Assembly: GCF_058153355.1 (NCBI RefSeq) | Contig: NZ_CM177019.1 | Strand: one strand, 5' to 3' | DNA: 64,000 nt | Shown: positions 9,646 through 20,936 of the stretch, piece after piece | How the letters are laid out: every line of letters begins with the position of its first letter | How positions within the stretch are numbered: the first letter of the stretch is position 1 | Notes under the pieces: generated by a model | Database searches by the model: none | Told to the model about the DNA's origin: nothing | The model's input: only the letters and a program-made list of their open reading frames with translations | Position numbers and translations under genes: made by a program

Positions 9646-10402
9646 AGCCGAACCAGATGCCGGAATGCTGGCAGAAAAAGAGTGGCAGGTGGCGGCTCAG
9701 GGTAATCGCGGACCGGATGTTTCGCTGCTGCGAAGTTTACTCGGTGCTGATGAACAGGCCGCTGCCGCGCTTCTGTTAGCGCAGAGAAAAAACGGTACGC
9801 CGATGTCTTTAACCGCGTTGAGCATGGGGGATGAACGGGCGTTGCACTGGCTGCGCTATCTTATGGCGTTGGGGTTTGAGAAGGCAGTATTGCTGGAGAC
9901 GGCGGCAGATCTGCGCTTTGCACCGGAATTTGTCGCCCGGCATATTGCCGAATGGCAGTGCCAGAATCCGCTGGATCTGATAATTACCGGCTGCCAGAGC
10001 AGCGAAGGGCAGAACGGGCAAACGCCATTTTTGCTGGCGGAAATGCTGACCTGGCCCTGTTTTACCCAGGTGGAGCGTTTTACTCTCGACGCACCGTTTA
10101 TCTCGCTCGAACAGCGTACTGAACATGGATTACGCTGTTGTCGGGTTCGCTTGCCTGCGGTGATTGCCGTGCGCCAGTGTGGCGAGGTGGCCTTGCCAGT
10201 ACCGGGAATGCGCCAGCGAATGGCTGCGGGGAAAGCTGAAATTATCCGCAAAACTGTTACTGCTGAATCGTCTGCGATGCAGTGCCGGCAACTGGAAAGG
10301 CCAGAGCAACGACGCGGTGCAACGCTTCTTGATGGACAAACGGTAGCAGAAAAAGCGCAAAAGCTATGGCAGGACTATTTACGCCAAAGGATGCAGCCAT
10401 GA
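9623..10402 (+). CDS. ygcR: electron-transfer flavoprotein beta-subunit-like protein (FixA-like)
   Basis: 259 aa ORF; stop overlaps next start (ATGA). Confidence 0.8.
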   Translation: MNILLAFKAEPDAGMLAEKEWQVAAQGNRGPDVSLLRSLLGADEQAAAALLLAQRKNGTPMSLTALSMGDERALHWLRYLMALGFEKAVLLETAADLRFAPEFVARHIAEWQCQNPLDLIITGCQSSEGQNGQTPFLLAEMLTWPCFTQVERFTLDAPFISLEQRTEHGLRCCRVRLPAVIAVRQCGEVALPVPGMRQRMAAGKAEIIRKTVTAESSAMQCRQLERPEQRRGATLLDGQTVAEKAQKLWQDYLRQRMQP

Positions 10403-11259
10403 ATATCGCCATTGTGACAATAAATCAGGAACATGCCGCAATAGCGGGCTGGCTGGCGGAGCAGGATTTCAGCGGCAGCACATTAACGCACTGGCAAATC
10501 GAGCCGCAGCCGATGGTCGCGGAACAGGTGCTGGATGCGCTGGTAGAACAGTGGCAGCGAACGCCTGCGGACGTTGTTCTCTTTCCGCCGGGAACGTTTG
10601 GCGATGAACTGGCTACCCGCCTGTCCTGGCGTTTACATGGTGCCAGTATATGCCAGGTGACTTCATTAAATATTCCAACCGGAAGCGTACGCAAATCCCA
10701 CTGGGGAAATGCGCTAACGGCGACGCTGCAAACAGAAAAACGCCCGCTATGCTTCTCCCTGGCGCGTCAGGCGGGAGCAGATAAAAACGCCTCGTTGCCC
10801 CCGGGTATGCAGCAACTGAACATTGTCCCAGGTGCGCTTCCCGGCTGGCTGGTTAGCATAGTGAACCTGAAAAATGTTACCCGTGACCCATTAGCTGAGG
10901 CCAGACGGGTGCTGGTGGTGGGGCAGGGCGGAGAGGCAGATAACCAGGAAATCGCTATGCTGGCAGAAAAGCTGGGAGCCGAAGTGGGCTACAGTCGGGC
11001 GCGAGTAATGAACGGTGGCGTTGATGCCGAAAAAGTGATTGGTATTTCCGGACATCTGCTGGCACCTGAGGTGTGTATTGTTGTTGGCGCTTCCGGCGCA
11101 GCAGCGTTAATGGCGGGCGTCCGCAATAGCAAGTTTGTGGTGGCGATTAATCATGACGCCAGCGCGGCGGTATTTTCACAGGCAGATGTTGGCGTGGTTG
11201 ATGACTGGAAAGCGGTGCTGGAGGCACTGGTGACAACCATTCACGCAGATTGCCAATAA
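10399..11259 (+). CDS. ygcQ: electron-transfer flavoprotein alpha-subunit-like protein (FixB-like)
   Basis: Start ATG 10399 (MNIAIVT) overlapping the ygcR stop. Confidence 0.8.
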   Translation: MNIAIVTINQEHAAIAGWLAEQDFSGSTLTHWQIEPQPMVAEQVLDALVEQWQRTPADVVLFPPGTFGDELATRLSWRLHGASICQVTSLNIPTGSVRKSHWGNALTATLQTEKRPLCFSLARQAGADKNASLPPGMQQLNIVPGALPGWLVSIVNLKNVTRDPLAEARRVLVVGQGGEADNQEIAMLAEKLGAEVGYSRARVMNGGVDAEKVIGISGHLLAPEVCIVVGASGAAALMAGVRNSKFVVAINHDASAAVFSQADVGVVDDWKAVLEALVTTIHADCQ

Positions 11260-11261
11260 CG

Positions 11262-11390
11262 TGCTGCCGGATGATCCTGCCTACGGTTCTGGGCTGGGGA
11301 CTTGTAAGCCTGATAAGACGCGTCAAGCGTCGTATCAGGCGCTGAATGTCGGATGTGGCGTGCAGCCTACAAATCACACAAATTCAATTC
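11262..11390. repeat. REP/BIME-like palindromic units
   Basis: gcctgataagacgcgtcaagcgtcgtatcaggcgc and gccggatg/ggcctac-type palindromes. Confidence 0.55.
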
Positions 11391-11405
11391 GTTACGATTA
11401 TCTCG

Positions 11406-11981
11406 TCAAAGCAATTTTTTCGCTAACGTCCAGACCCCGGTATTCGTGGTAGAAAGCGCCACTACACCGGCGTTAATCGCATTACGCGCATCTTCTTCAT
11501 CGCACACCAGCCCGCCAGCAATCAGCGGCTGGTGGATTTTCTCCGTTACCCAGCCCAGTACTTTAGGCATACAGCCTGGCAGAATTTCAATACAATCCGG
11601 GTTCGATTGCGCAACCTGTTTATCAATGTTGTGAAATGAAATCGAATCAACAATAAACAAGCGATGAATACAGAAAAAGCCTTCCGCTCTCGCCGCTTTT
11701 AGCATTGACGCTTTGGTACTGATAATGCCGTCCGCCTCGGTCACCAGTTTCAGAAACTGAATTACTACTTCTTTATTTGACGCGCCTTCCAGCAAATCGA
11801 CATGAATAAAAGCATATTTTCCGGCGTTCTTAATCTTTTTGACGATATGACTGATGGTGCAAATATTGCCGTATAACACGGAAATAAACTGGCATTCAGA
11901 ATCGATTGCCAACTGCAGGCTGGCATTATCTTTAACGGCAGCAATCACCGGATTCTGGCGGAGCAGGTGTAAGAGGGGCAT
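11406..11981 (-). CDS. ygcP: GlpP-family glycerol-3-phosphate-responsive antiterminator-like protein
   Basis: 191 aa ORF; assignment from recalled similarity to K-12 YgcP. Confidence 0.8.
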   Translation of the reverse strand: MPLLHLLRQNPVIAAVKDNASLQLAIDSECQFISVLYGNICTISHIVKKIKNAGKYAFIHVDLLEGASNKEVVIQFLKLVTEADGIISTKASMLKAARAEGFFCIHRLFIVDSISFHNIDKQVAQSNPDCIEILPGCMPKVLGWVTEKIHQPLIAGGLVCDEEDARNAINAGVVALSTTNTGVWTLAKKLL

Positions 11982-11997
11982 AAATTATCCTTATTAT

Positions 11998-12258
11998 TTA
12001 TCCAAAGCGGTAGGTGATGCCGAATCCGGAAGGCGGATAGCGCCACTGTTGTAGCGTTTTTTCATCGCACAGCAAACGGCAGGTGCCGCACTCCAGACAA
12101 TTACGATAATCAACGTGCAAATCACCTTCCGGTGTGAGCGAAAAAAGACCAGCCGGACAAGCGTTAATCAACCGTTCTGCCGTCTGGCGCTCAACGGAGT
12201 CAGCCGGAACAATATGTGGCGCATCAGCAGCGCGCCAGAGATTACGGGCTACAGACAT
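11998..12258 (-). CDS. ygcO: ferredoxin-like protein (FixX-like)
   Basis: Cys motif CLECGTCRLLCDEK; likely start MSVARNL. Confidence 0.75.
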   Translation of the reverse strand: MSVARNLWRAADAPHIVPADSVERQTAERLINACPAGLFSLTPEGDLHVDYRNCLECGTCRLLCDEKTLQQWRYPPSGFGITYRFG

Positions 12259-13520
12259 CGAATACTCCTGACAACATCGCCCGCCAGATGCCACAGGCCA
12301 TGACGACGTAAATGACGCCAGAGCAACTGGCGCAGCGGCGGAACAGGTTTATCACCTTGATCCCATAAATCACGGGAAATATCCTGCATTAACACAGGCC
12401 ACTTACGGTACCAGCCCGGGCGTTGCAAAAGCGCCGGAACATGCTGATAGCGCTGTAGAACATCCCACAGCAGGCTGCGCTCTACGTTGTAATGATAAAG
12501 CGGAAACAGATTTTGCGGCTCGCGGTGCTGGCAGGCGCTTATCAGCGTTTGTGCCGCCGCCTGCGCGCCAGTTAGCGCCATATCCATGCCGCGCACGGAA
12601 ATTCCGGTATTGACGCAACTGCGCAACGTATCGCCCACCAGCAGCCAGCCGTTACCGGCGTATTGCACCGGCATACTGTGCAGGCCACCTTCCGGCACCA
12701 GATGCGCGCCATACTCCAGCGATTCCGCGCTTTTGATAAGCTGGCGCACTGCCGGATGCGTTTTAAAGCGGGCCAGCAGCTCGCTTGCCGGAACACGACT
12801 TTGCGTAAGTGAAGAGAGCGGGCAAACAATCCCTAACGAGAGCGTTTGTTGATTAGTATAAAGAAATGCGCCGCCGGGTAAGTCATCACAGATTCCGCCG
12901 CTGAACAGCAACGCTGCGCCTTCGTTATTCTCCAGATGAAAACGTTCTTCAATAGCGGATGTTTCCAGTGAAAGAACTTCTTTGATCCCCAACGCCATCG
13001 CTTCGCCAGCAGGACGAGTCACTAACCCGTGACGCTCAGCCAGGACGCTGTTGGCACCTTCTGCCAGCACCACATAACGGGCGCGGAGAATATCGTCACC
13101 ACAAATAACGCCGCAAACTCTGCCGTTTTCTTCATACAGCGCATCTACCGTCGCACCAGGGATGCATTCGACACCTTCTTTTTCGGCTTCGGCAACCAGC
13201 CACGGATCGAACCGTGCACGTAATACGCTCCAGGATTCACCGCCGGGCTGTAAGCTGGAAAACGTCGTTGCGCCATCCGGCGTTAGCAGAGAAAGACTTT
13301 CGTGAGTGATGCGTCGTTCAAGAGGCGCGGTCAGGTGAAACTGAGGGAGGAGTTCCGCGAGCGCATGGGTGTATAAACGCCCGCCGGAAAGGTTTTTACT
13401 GCCGGGAATTTCAGCGCGTTCCAGTAACAGAACGGATAAACCTGCCCGCGCGCAGCGTAAAGCACAAGCGGTGCCTGCTATACCCGCACCAATAATAATA
13501 ATGTCGCAGTCGTCTTCCAT
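12249..13520 (-). CDS. ygcN: FAD-dependent oxidoreductase (FixC-like)
   Basis: DIIIIGAGIAGTACA dinucleotide-binding motif; likely start MEDDCD. Confidence 0.8.
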   Translation of the reverse strand: MEDDCDIIIIGAGIAGTACALRCARAGLSVLLLERAEIPGSKNLSGGRLYTHALAELLPQFHLTAPLERRITHESLSLLTPDGATTFSSLQPGGESWSVLRARFDPWLVAEAEKEGVECIPGATVDALYEENGRVCGVICGDDILRARYVVLAEGANSVLAERHGLVTRPAGEAMALGIKEVLSLETSAIEERFHLENNEGAALLFSGGICDDLPGGAFLYTNQQTLSLGIVCPLSSLTQSRVPASELLARFKTHPAVRQLIKSAESLEYGAHLVPEGGLHSMPVQYAGNGWLLVGDTLRSCVNTGISVRGMDMALTGAQAAAQTLISACQHREPQNLFPLYHYNVERSLLWDVLQRYQHVPALLQRPGWYRKWPVLMQDISRDLWDQGDKPVPPLRQLLWRHLRRHGLWHLAGDVVRSIRCL

Positions 13521-13597
13521 GTCATGCCCCAGATATCCAGAGCGCAACACCCTAACATAGCGTTACTTAAGGGAAATTGACCGCCGACACACTCTTA

Positions 13598-13963
13598 TCA
13601 TTCGCCGCGATAGATGCAACCTGCGGTGCAGGTTTCTTTCACCATAACCGCACTTAACAGCGGAACAACCGGTTTAACCTGATCCCAAATCCATTTTGCT
13701 AAAACCTCGCTGGTCGGGTTTTCCAGGCCAGGAATATCATTGAGATAATAGTGATCGAGGCGATCATAGGTTGGTTTAAATGCCGCTTTCAGTTCAGCGA
13801 AATCGATAATCCAGCCCGTATGCGGATCGACTTCCCCGGTAATTTCCAGTCGCACCATAAAGGAATGCCCATGCAGGCGACCACATTTATGTCCTTCCGG
13901 GACGTGTGGTAAGCGGTGAGCGGCTTCGAAGGTGAAATCTTTAAATAACGTGGTGGACATCAT
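13598..13963 (-). CDS. queD: 6-carboxy-5,6,7,8-tetrahydropterin synthase QueD
   Basis: 121 aa from [18 protein letters not shown]; CGRLHGHSF zinc motif; ORF-track start 14047 is an upstream extension. Confidence 0.85.
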   Translation of the reverse strand: MMSTTLFKDFTFEAAHRLPHVPEGHKCGRLHGHSFMVRLEITGEVDPHTGWIIDFAELKAAFKPTYDRLDHYYLNDIPGLENPTSEVLAKWIWDQVKPVVPLLSAVMVKETCTAGCIYRGE

Positions 13964-14278
13964 AATTTCTCTACATGACGATAAAACCGCCGTAGAGTAC
14001 CGGAAAGGCTGTTTTTTCGCATTATCTAAAACGACTTTGTTGCGCAAAATCGCTGATTTATCTTAATGATTGGCTAAATTCATTTGTTTTTCATTGGGTT
14101 GGTTAATCTGTTTTGTTGTTAAAGACTATTGCTAAAACAGGTTAGTCGATTTGGTTATTAGTTATCGCTATCCCGTCTTTAATCCACACCGTTCACCCCG
14201 TTAACCTTACCTTCTCTTCTGTTTTATGGGCGCTGACAGGGCGCAGAAACAGCTTTGCTTACTGGAACATAACGACGC

Positions 14279-16084
14279 ATGACGACACAGGTCCCACCTT
14301 CCGCGTTGCTTCCGTTGAACCCGGAGCAACTGGCACGCCTTCAGGCGGCCACGACCGATTTAACTCCCACCCAGCTTGCCTGGGTTTCTGGCTATTTCTG
14401 GGGCGTGCTCAACCAACAGCCTGCTGCGCTTACAGCGACGCCAGCGCCCGCCCCCGCCGCAGAAATGCCGGGTATAACTATTATCTCCGCTTCGCAAACC
14501 GGCAATGCGCGCCGGGTTGCTGAAACATTACGCGATGATTTATTAGCGGCAAAACTGAACGTTAAGCTGGTGAACGCGGGCGACTATAAATTCAAACAAA
14601 TCGCCAGCGAAAAACTGCTCATCGTGGTGACGTCAACGCAAGGTGAAGGGGAACCGCCGGAGGAGGCCGTCGCGCTGCATAAGTTCCTGTTCTCCAAAAA
14701 AGCGCCGAAGCTGGAAAACACCGCGTTTGCCGTGTTTAGTCTCGGCGATAGCTCTTATGAATTTTTCTGCCAGTCCGGGAAAGATTTCGATAGCAAGCTG
14801 GCGGAACTGGGCGGTGAACGCCTGCTCGACCGTGTCGATGCCGACGTTGAATACCAGGCCGCTGCCAGCGAGTGGCGCGCCCGCGTAGTAGATGCTCTTA
14901 AATCGCGTTCGCCTGTCGCGGCACCTTCGCAATCCGTCGCTACTGGCGCGGTAAATGAAATCCACACCAGCCCGTACAGCAAAGACGCGCCGCTGGTGGC
15001 GAGCCTCTCTGTTAACCAGAAAATTACTGGGCGTAACTCTGAAAAAGACGTTCGCCATATCGAAATTGACCTGGGCGACTCTGGCCTGCGTTACCAGCCT
15101 GGCGATGCGCTGTGCGTCTGGTATCAGAACGATCCGGCGCTGGTGAAAGAACTTGTCGAATTGCTGTGGCTGAAAGGCGATGAACCTGTCACCGTCGAGG
15201 GCAAAACGTTGCCTCTGAACGAGGCCCTACAGTGGCACTTCGAACTGACCGTCAACACCTCCAACATCGTTGAGAACTACGCCACGCTAACCCGCAGTGA
15301 AACGCTGCTGCCGCTGGTGGGCGATAAATCGAAGTTACAGCATTACGCCGCGACGACGCCGATTGTCGATATGGTGCGTTTCTCTCCGGCACAGCTTGAC
15401 GCTGAAGCCCTGATTAACTTGCTGCGCCCGCTGACGCCGCGCCTGTATTCCATCGCCTCCTCGCAGGCGGAAGTCGAGAACGAAGTACACGTCACCGTTG
15501 GTGTCGTTCGTTATGACATTGAAGGCCGCGCCCGTGCCGGTGGTGCCTCCAGCTTCCTCGCGGACCGTGTGGAAGAAGAGGGCGAAGTCCGCGTATTTAT
15601 CGAACATAACGACAACTTCCGCCTGCCCGCTAACCCGGAAACGCCGGTGATTATGATTGGCCCAGGCACCGGCATCGCGCCTTTCCGCGCCTTTATGCAG
15701 CAACGCGCCGCTGACGAAGCGCCGGGCAAAAACTGGCTGTTCTTCGGCAACCCACACTTTACCGAAGATTTCCTCTACCAGGTGGAGTGGCAGCGCTATG
15801 TCAAAGAGGGCGTGCTGACACGTATCGATCTTGCCTGGTCGCGCGATCAAAAAGAAAAAATTTACGTACAAGACAAACTGCGCGAACAGGGCGCAGAGCT
15901 GTGGCGCTGGATCAATGACGGTGCCCACATTTATGTCTGCGGCGACGCTAATCGCATGGCGAAAGACGTTGAACAGGCACTTCTGGAAGTGATTGCCGAA
16001 TTTGGTGGCATGGACACCGAAGCGGCGGATGAATTTTTAAGTGAGCTGCGCGTAGAGCGCCGTTATCAGCGAGATGTCTACTAA
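14279..16084 (+). CDS. cysJ: sulfite reductase [NADPH] flavoprotein alpha subunit
   Basis: 601 aa ORF with flavodoxin and FNR-like domains; stop overlaps the cysI start. Confidence 0.95.
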   Translation: MTTQVPPSALLPLNPEQLARLQAATTDLTPTQLAWVSGYFWGVLNQQPAALTATPAPAPAAEMPGITIISASQTGNARRVAETLRDDLLAAKLNVKLVNAGDYKFKQIASEKLLIVVTSTQGEGEPPEEAVALHKFLFSKKAPKLENTAFAVFSLGDSSYEFFCQSGKDFDSKLAELGGERLLDRVDADVEYQAAASEWRARVVDALKSRSPVAAPSQSVATGAVNEIHTSPYSKDAPLVASLSVNQKITGRNSEKDVRHIEIDLGDSGLRYQPGDALCVWYQNDPALVKELVELLWLKGDEPVTVEGKTLPLNEALQWHFELTVNTSNIVENYATLTRSETLLPLVGDKSKLQHYAATTPIVDMVRFSPAQLDAEALINLLRPLTPRLYSIASSQAEVENEVHVTVGVVRYDIEGRARAGGASSFLADRVEEEGEVRVFIEHNDNFRLPANPETPVIMIGPGTGIAPFRAFMQQRAADEAPGKNWLFFGNPHFTEDFLYQVEWQRYVKEGVLTRIDLAWSRDQKEKIYVQDKLREQGAELWRWINDGAHIYVCGDANRMAKDVEQALLEVIAEFGGMDTEAADEFLSELRVERRYQRDVY

Positions 16085-17796
16085 TGAACGAAAAACATCC
16101 AGGGCCTTTAGTGGTCGCAGGAAAACTGACAGACGCCGAGCGCATGAAGCTTGAAAGCAACTACCTGCGCGGCACCATTGCGGAAGATTTAAACGACGGT
16201 CTGACCGGCGGCTTTAAGGGCGATAACTTTCTGCTGATCCGCTTCCACGGCATGTATCAGCAGGATGACCGCGACATTCGCGCCGAACGTGCTGAACAGA
16301 AGCTGGAGCCGCGCCACGCGATGCTGCTGCGTTGTCGTCTGCCGGGTGGGGTGATTACCACTAAACAGTGGCAGGCGATCGATAAATTTGCCGGTGAAAA
16401 CACCATTTATGGCAGCATTCGCCTGACCAACCGCCAGACGTTCCAGTTCCACGGCATTCTGAAAAAGAACGTCAAACCGGTGCACCAGATGCTGCACTCG
16501 GTCGGTCTTGATGCGCTGGCGACTGCTAACGACATGAACCGTAACGTACTCTGCACCTCGAACCCTTACGAGTCGCAGCTGCACGCGGAAGCCTATGAAT
16601 GGGCGAAGAAAATCTCTGAACATCTGCTGCCGCGTACCCGCGCCTACGCGGAGATCTGGCTCGATCAGGAGAAAGTCGCCACCACCGATGAAGAACCGAT
16701 CCTCGGTCAGACCTACCTGCCGCGTAAATTCAAAACCACGGTAGTGATCCCACCGCAGAACGATATCGATCTGCACGCCAACGACATGAACTTTGTGGCG
16801 ATCGCGGAAAACGGCAAGCTGGTGGGCTTCAACCTGCTGGTGGGCGGTGGGCTTTCTATCGAACACGGCAACAAGAAAACCTACGCCCGCACGGCGAGCG
16901 AGTTTGGCTATCTGCCACTGGAGCATACGCTGGCGGTGGCGGAAGCGGTCGTTACCACTCAGCGTGACTGGGGTAATCGTACTGACCGTAAAAACGCCAA
17001 AACCAAATACACGCTGGAGCGCGTGGGGGTTGAGACGTTTAAAGCAGAAGTGGAACGTCGCGCGGGGATCAAATTTGAGCCGATCCGTCCATATGAATTT
17101 ACCGGGCGCGGCGATCGTATCGGCTGGGTAAAAGGGATCGACGACAAATGGCACCTGACGCTGTTTATCGAAAATGGCCGAATTCTTGATTATCAGGGGC
17201 GTCCGCTGAAAACCGGCCTGCTGGAGATCGCGAAGATCCACAAAGGTGATTTCCGCATTACGGCGAACCAGAATCTGATCATCGCCGGTGTACCGGAAAG
17301 CGAGAAAGCGAAGATTGAGAAGATCGCCAAAGAGAGCGGATTGATGAATGCCGTCACGCCGCAGCGCGAAAATTCAATGGCCTGCGTGTCATTCCCGACT
17401 TGCCCGTTGGCGATGGCGGAAGCGGAGCGTTTCCTGCCGTCGTTTATCGATAACATCGATAATTTAATGGCGAAACATGGTGTCAGCGATGAGCACATCG
17501 TGATGCGTGTAACAGGCTGCCCGAACGGTTGTGGTCGCGCGATGCTGGCGGAAGTGGGCCTGGTGGGTAAAGCGCCGGGTCGCTACAACCTGCATCTTGG
17601 TGGCAACCGCATTGGGACACGTATCCCACTGATGCATAAAGAAAACATCACCGAGCCGGAAATCCTGGCGACGCTTGATGAACTGATAGGGCGCTGGGCG
17701 AAAGAACGTGAAGCGGGTGAAGGCTTCGGCGACTTTACGGTGCGTGCGGGCATCATTCGCCCGGTGCTCGATCCGGCGCGTGATTTGTGGGATTAA
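16084..17796 (+). CDS. cysI: sulfite reductase [NADPH] hemoprotein beta subunit
   Basis: 570 aa ORF; operon context with cysJ and cysH. Confidence 0.95.
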   Translation: MNEKHPGPLVVAGKLTDAERMKLESNYLRGTIAEDLNDGLTGGFKGDNFLLIRFHGMYQQDDRDIRAERAEQKLEPRHAMLLRCRLPGGVITTKQWQAIDKFAGENTIYGSIRLTNRQTFQFHGILKKNVKPVHQMLHSVGLDALATANDMNRNVLCTSNPYESQLHAEAYEWAKKISEHLLPRTRAYAEIWLDQEKVATTDEEPILGQTYLPRKFKTTVVIPPQNDIDLHANDMNFVAIAENGKLVGFNLLVGGGLSIEHGNKKTYARTASEFGYLPLEHTLAVAEAVVTTQRDWGNRTDRKNAKTKYTLERVGVETFKAEVERRAGIKFEPIRPYEFTGRGDRIGWVKGIDDKWHLTLFIENGRILDYQGRPLKTGLLEIAKIHKGDFRITANQNLIIAGVPESEKAKIEKIAKESGLMNAVTPQRENSMACVSFPTCPLAMAEAERFLPSFIDNIDNLMAKHGVSDEHIVMRVTGCPNGCGRAMLAEVGLVGKAPGRYNLHLGGNRIGTRIPLMHKENITEPEILATLDELIGRWAKEREAGEGFGDFTVRAGIIRPVLDPARDLWD

Positions 17797-17812
17797 CCAT
17801 CAGTCCAGTCTT

Positions 17813-17850
17813 GTAGGCCTGATAAGACGCGTAAGCGTCGCATCAGGCAA
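17813..17850. repeat. REP palindromic unit
   Basis: gtaggcctgataagacgcgtaagcgtcgcatcaggc. Confidence 0.6.
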
Positions 17851-17869
17851 GGCAAACAGTGAGGAATCT

Positions 17870-18604
17870 ATGTCCAAACTCGATCTAAATGCCCTGAACG
17901 AACTGCCGAAGGTAGATCGCATTCTGGCGCTGGCGGAAACTAACGCCGAGCTTGAAAAACTGGATGCTGAAGGCCGCGTTGCCTGGGCGCTGGATAATCT
18001 GCCCGGTGAATATGTGCTTTCTTCCAGCTTCGGTATCCAGGCGGCGGTTAGCCTGCATCTGGTGAATCAGATTCGCCCGGATATTCCGGTGATCCTCACC
18101 GATACCGGTTATCTGTTTCCGGAAACCTACCGCTTTATTGACGAGTTAACGGACAAACTCAAGCTCAACCTGAAAGTGTACCGCGCTACCGAAAGCGCCG
18201 CCTGGCAGGAAGCACGCTACGGCAAACTGTGGGAGCAGGGCGTTGAAGGCATTGAAAAGTACAACGATATCAACAAAGTCGAACCGATGAACCGGGCGCT
18301 GAAAGAACTGAACGCACAAACGTGGTTTGCTGGCCTGCGCCGTGAACAATCCGGCAGCCGCGCTAATTTACCGGTGTTGGCAATTCAGCGTGGCGTATTT
18401 AAAGTGCTGCCGATTATCGACTGGGATAACCGAACTATTTATCAGTATCTGCAAAAACATGGCCTGAAATATCACCCATTATGGGACGAAGGATATTTAT
18501 CGGTTGGTGATACCCATACAACCCGTAAATGGGAACCTGGTATGGCGGAAGAAGAAACGCGTTTCTTTGGCTTAAAAAGGGAATGTGGGCTGCACGAAGG
18601 GTAA
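17870..18604 (+). CDS. cysH: phosphoadenosine phosphosulfate reductase
   Basis: 244 aa from [14 protein letters not shown]; ORF-track start 17708 is an upstream extension across the REP. Confidence 0.9.
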   Translation: MSKLDLNALNELPKVDRILALAETNAELEKLDAEGRVAWALDNLPGEYVLSSSFGIQAAVSLHLVNQIRPDIPVILTDTGYLFPETYRFIDELTDKLKLNLKVYRATESAAWQEARYGKLWEQGVEGIEKYNDINKVEPMNRALKELNAQTWFAGLRREQSGSRANLPVLAIQRGVFKVLPIIDWDNRTIYQYLQKHGLKYHPLWDEGYLSVGDTHTTRKWEPGMAEEETRFFGLKRECGLHEG

Positions 18605-18770
18605 ATATTGCCGGATAAAATAAACGCCTCTGTCAGAAATGATGGGGGCGTTTTTATTTTGCGAGCCGCATTCCGGCATTTAAACGTGAATATAGCAGGG
18701 GAAATCAACAGTTATAGAATGGCGTCGGGTGCTTGAGGCTGTCTGGTGTTGAGCATTCGCGAGGTTCCAG

Positions 18771-18874
18771 ATGGACAAAAGCCCCAGGCGATATATCTAT
18801 CAACCTGAGGCTTACGTTCGAACCCAAACAATTCGAATGTTAGTCTCTTCTTTGCAGGGAGGCAAGACATGCTG
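18771..18874 (+). CDS. Mok-like leader ORF overlapping the hok start (translational coupling)
   Basis: ATG 18771 to TGA 18872-18874, overlapping the hok ATG at 18869; arrangement typical of hok/mok loci. Confidence 0.3.
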
Positions 18875-19021
18875 ACAAAATATGCCCTTGTGGCAATCAT
18901 CGTACTGTGTTGTACAGTACTGGGATTCACGCTGATGGTAGGCGACTCGTTGTGTGAGTTGAGTATCAGAGAACGTGGTATGGAGTTTAAGGCAGTTCTC
19001 GCTTACGAACCGAAGAAGTAG
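18869..19021 (+). CDS. Hok/Gef-family type I toxin (HokE-like membrane peptide)
   Basis: 50 aa [50 protein letters not shown]; close to my recollection of K-12 HokE (not checked against a database); below the ORF-track length cutoff. Confidence 0.7.
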   Translation: MLTKYALVAIIVLCCTVLGFTLMVGDSLCELSIRERGMEFKAVLAYEPKK

Positions 19022-19259
19022 CCACCACGCGGGGGTAAAACCCCGCGTATTGAATTGTGATGGTTTGGTCTCCTGCACCCTTTTTTTCATTTATATTGTT
19101 TTTGTGAATATTATGCCTGTGTTTATTATTTATATATATCACAGATGAAAATCATTGAATTATTCATAATGTAAATATTTTATTGAACGATATATATCAC
19201 AGATAATTTTTAATATATGCGTAAATATCCTTTAAGTTTTACTGAAGGATAAAAACATT

Positions 19260-20936
19260 GTGACTTTCTTTGATTTCTGGGGAAAAACCCGACGTGGCGA
19301 GAAAGAGGGTGGCGACGATTATCACCTTCTTTGCTGGCATTCGCTGGATGTAGCCGCGATAGGCTATTTAATGGTCAAAAACAACTGTTTCGGGCTGGCT
19401 GACTATTTTCGTCAATTAGGTTTCGCTGACACGGATCAGGCAGCACAATTTTTCGCCTGGTTGTTGTGCTGGCACGATACTGGAAAATTTGCCCGCTCAT
19501 TTCAGCAACTTTACCTGCACCCACAACTCAAGGTTCCGGAAGGCGCAAGAAAGAATTACGAAAAGATCTCTCATTCAACGCTGGGTTACTGGTTGTGGCA
19601 TCATTATTTAATTGAATGTGAAGAGTTGCTTCCTTCATCTTCACTCTCTTTGCGCAAACTTAAACGGGTAATAGATATGTGGATGCCCGTGACGACCGGG
19701 CATCATGGTCGGCCTCCTGACCGTATCGATGAACTGGACAACTTTCTACCTGAAGACAAAGCTGCCGCACGAGATTTTCTCCTTGAAATCAAGGTACTGT
19801 TTCCGCTCATCGAGATCCCTACATTCTGGGATGATGACGAGGGCGTTGAACTTATAAAACATCTTTCCTGGTATATATCTGCAACCGTCGTACTCGCAGA
19901 CTGGACGGGATCGTCAACGCGGTTTTTTCCACGCGTCGCACATGTAATGGATATTAAAGATTACTGGCAGAATGCTTTAGCTCAGGCTCAAAACGCATTA
20001 ACCGTCTTTCCTCCAAAAGCAGAAACCGCACCTTTCACTGGAATTAACACGCTGTTTCCTTTTATTGAGAACCCAACACCGTTACAGCAAAAGGTGCTGG
20101 ATCTGGATATCAGCCAGCCAGGACCGCAGTTGTTTATTCTGGAAGATGTGACTGGCGCAGGTAAAACAGAAGCGGCGCTTATCTTGGCGCACAGGTTGAT
20201 GTCTGCGGGGAAAGCACAGGGTTTGTTTTTTGGCCTGCCAACAATGGCAACGGCCAATGCCATGTACGATAGGCTGGTAAAAACCTAGCTTGCTTTCTAT
20301 TCGCCACAATCCCGCCCCAGCCTGGTGCTGGCACACAGCGCTCGTTCGCTAATGGATCGCTTTAACGCATCGCTGTGGTCTGGTGATTTTGTGGGGTCAG
20401 AAGAACCGGATGAACAAGCGTTCAGTCAGGGATGTGCGGCCTGGTTTGCTGACAGTAACAAGAAGGCGTTGCTGGCTGAAATTGGCGTCGGCACGCTGGA
20501 TCAGGCGATGATGGCGGTGATGCCGTTCAAACATAATAATCTGCGGCTTCTGGGGCTGAGTAACAAAATCCTGCTAGCCGATGAGATCCACGCCTGTGAC
20601 GCTTATATGTCGTGCATTCTTGAAGGGCTGATCGAGCGGCAGGCGCGTGGCGGAAACAGCGTTATTTTGCTTTCTGCTACGTTGTCTCAACAGCAGCGTG
20701 ACAAACTCGTCGCCGCCTTTGCGCGTGGTGCAGAGGGCCAGCAAGAAGCTCCGTTGCTGGAAAAAGATGATTATCCCTGGCTGACGCATGTCACGAAATC
20801 CGATGTGCATTCGCACCGGGTAGCGACGCGCAAAGACGTTGAGCGCAGCGTGAGTGTGGGTTGGCTTCATAGCGAACAAGAGTGTATTGCGCGTATCGAA
20901 TCGGCGGTAAGGTGTTCCCCGCGCCAGCGGGGATAA
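19260..20936 (+). pseudogene. cas3: cas3 (type I-E) pseudogene: in-frame TAG at 20286-20288 and 3' truncation into a CRISPR repeat
   Basis: HD-nuclease motifs (WHSLDVAA, WHDTGKF) and helicase Walker A (TGAGKTEAAL); ORFs 19260-20288 and 20325-20936 are in the same frame separated by one amber codon; the frame ends inside the first repeat; total about 557 codons versus about 890 expected. Confidence 0.75.

Noticed and set aside
14279-16084. Apparent two-codon length difference in cysJ (601 aa here versus the roughly 599 aa I remember)
   Set aside because: Rests only on my memory of the reference length; cannot be supported without an alignment, so not reported as a finding.
18622-18660. Possible cysH terminator
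   Set aside because: 7-bp stem with an 18 nt loop before a T-run; the region may instead belong to the hok mRNA leader, so left uncalled.
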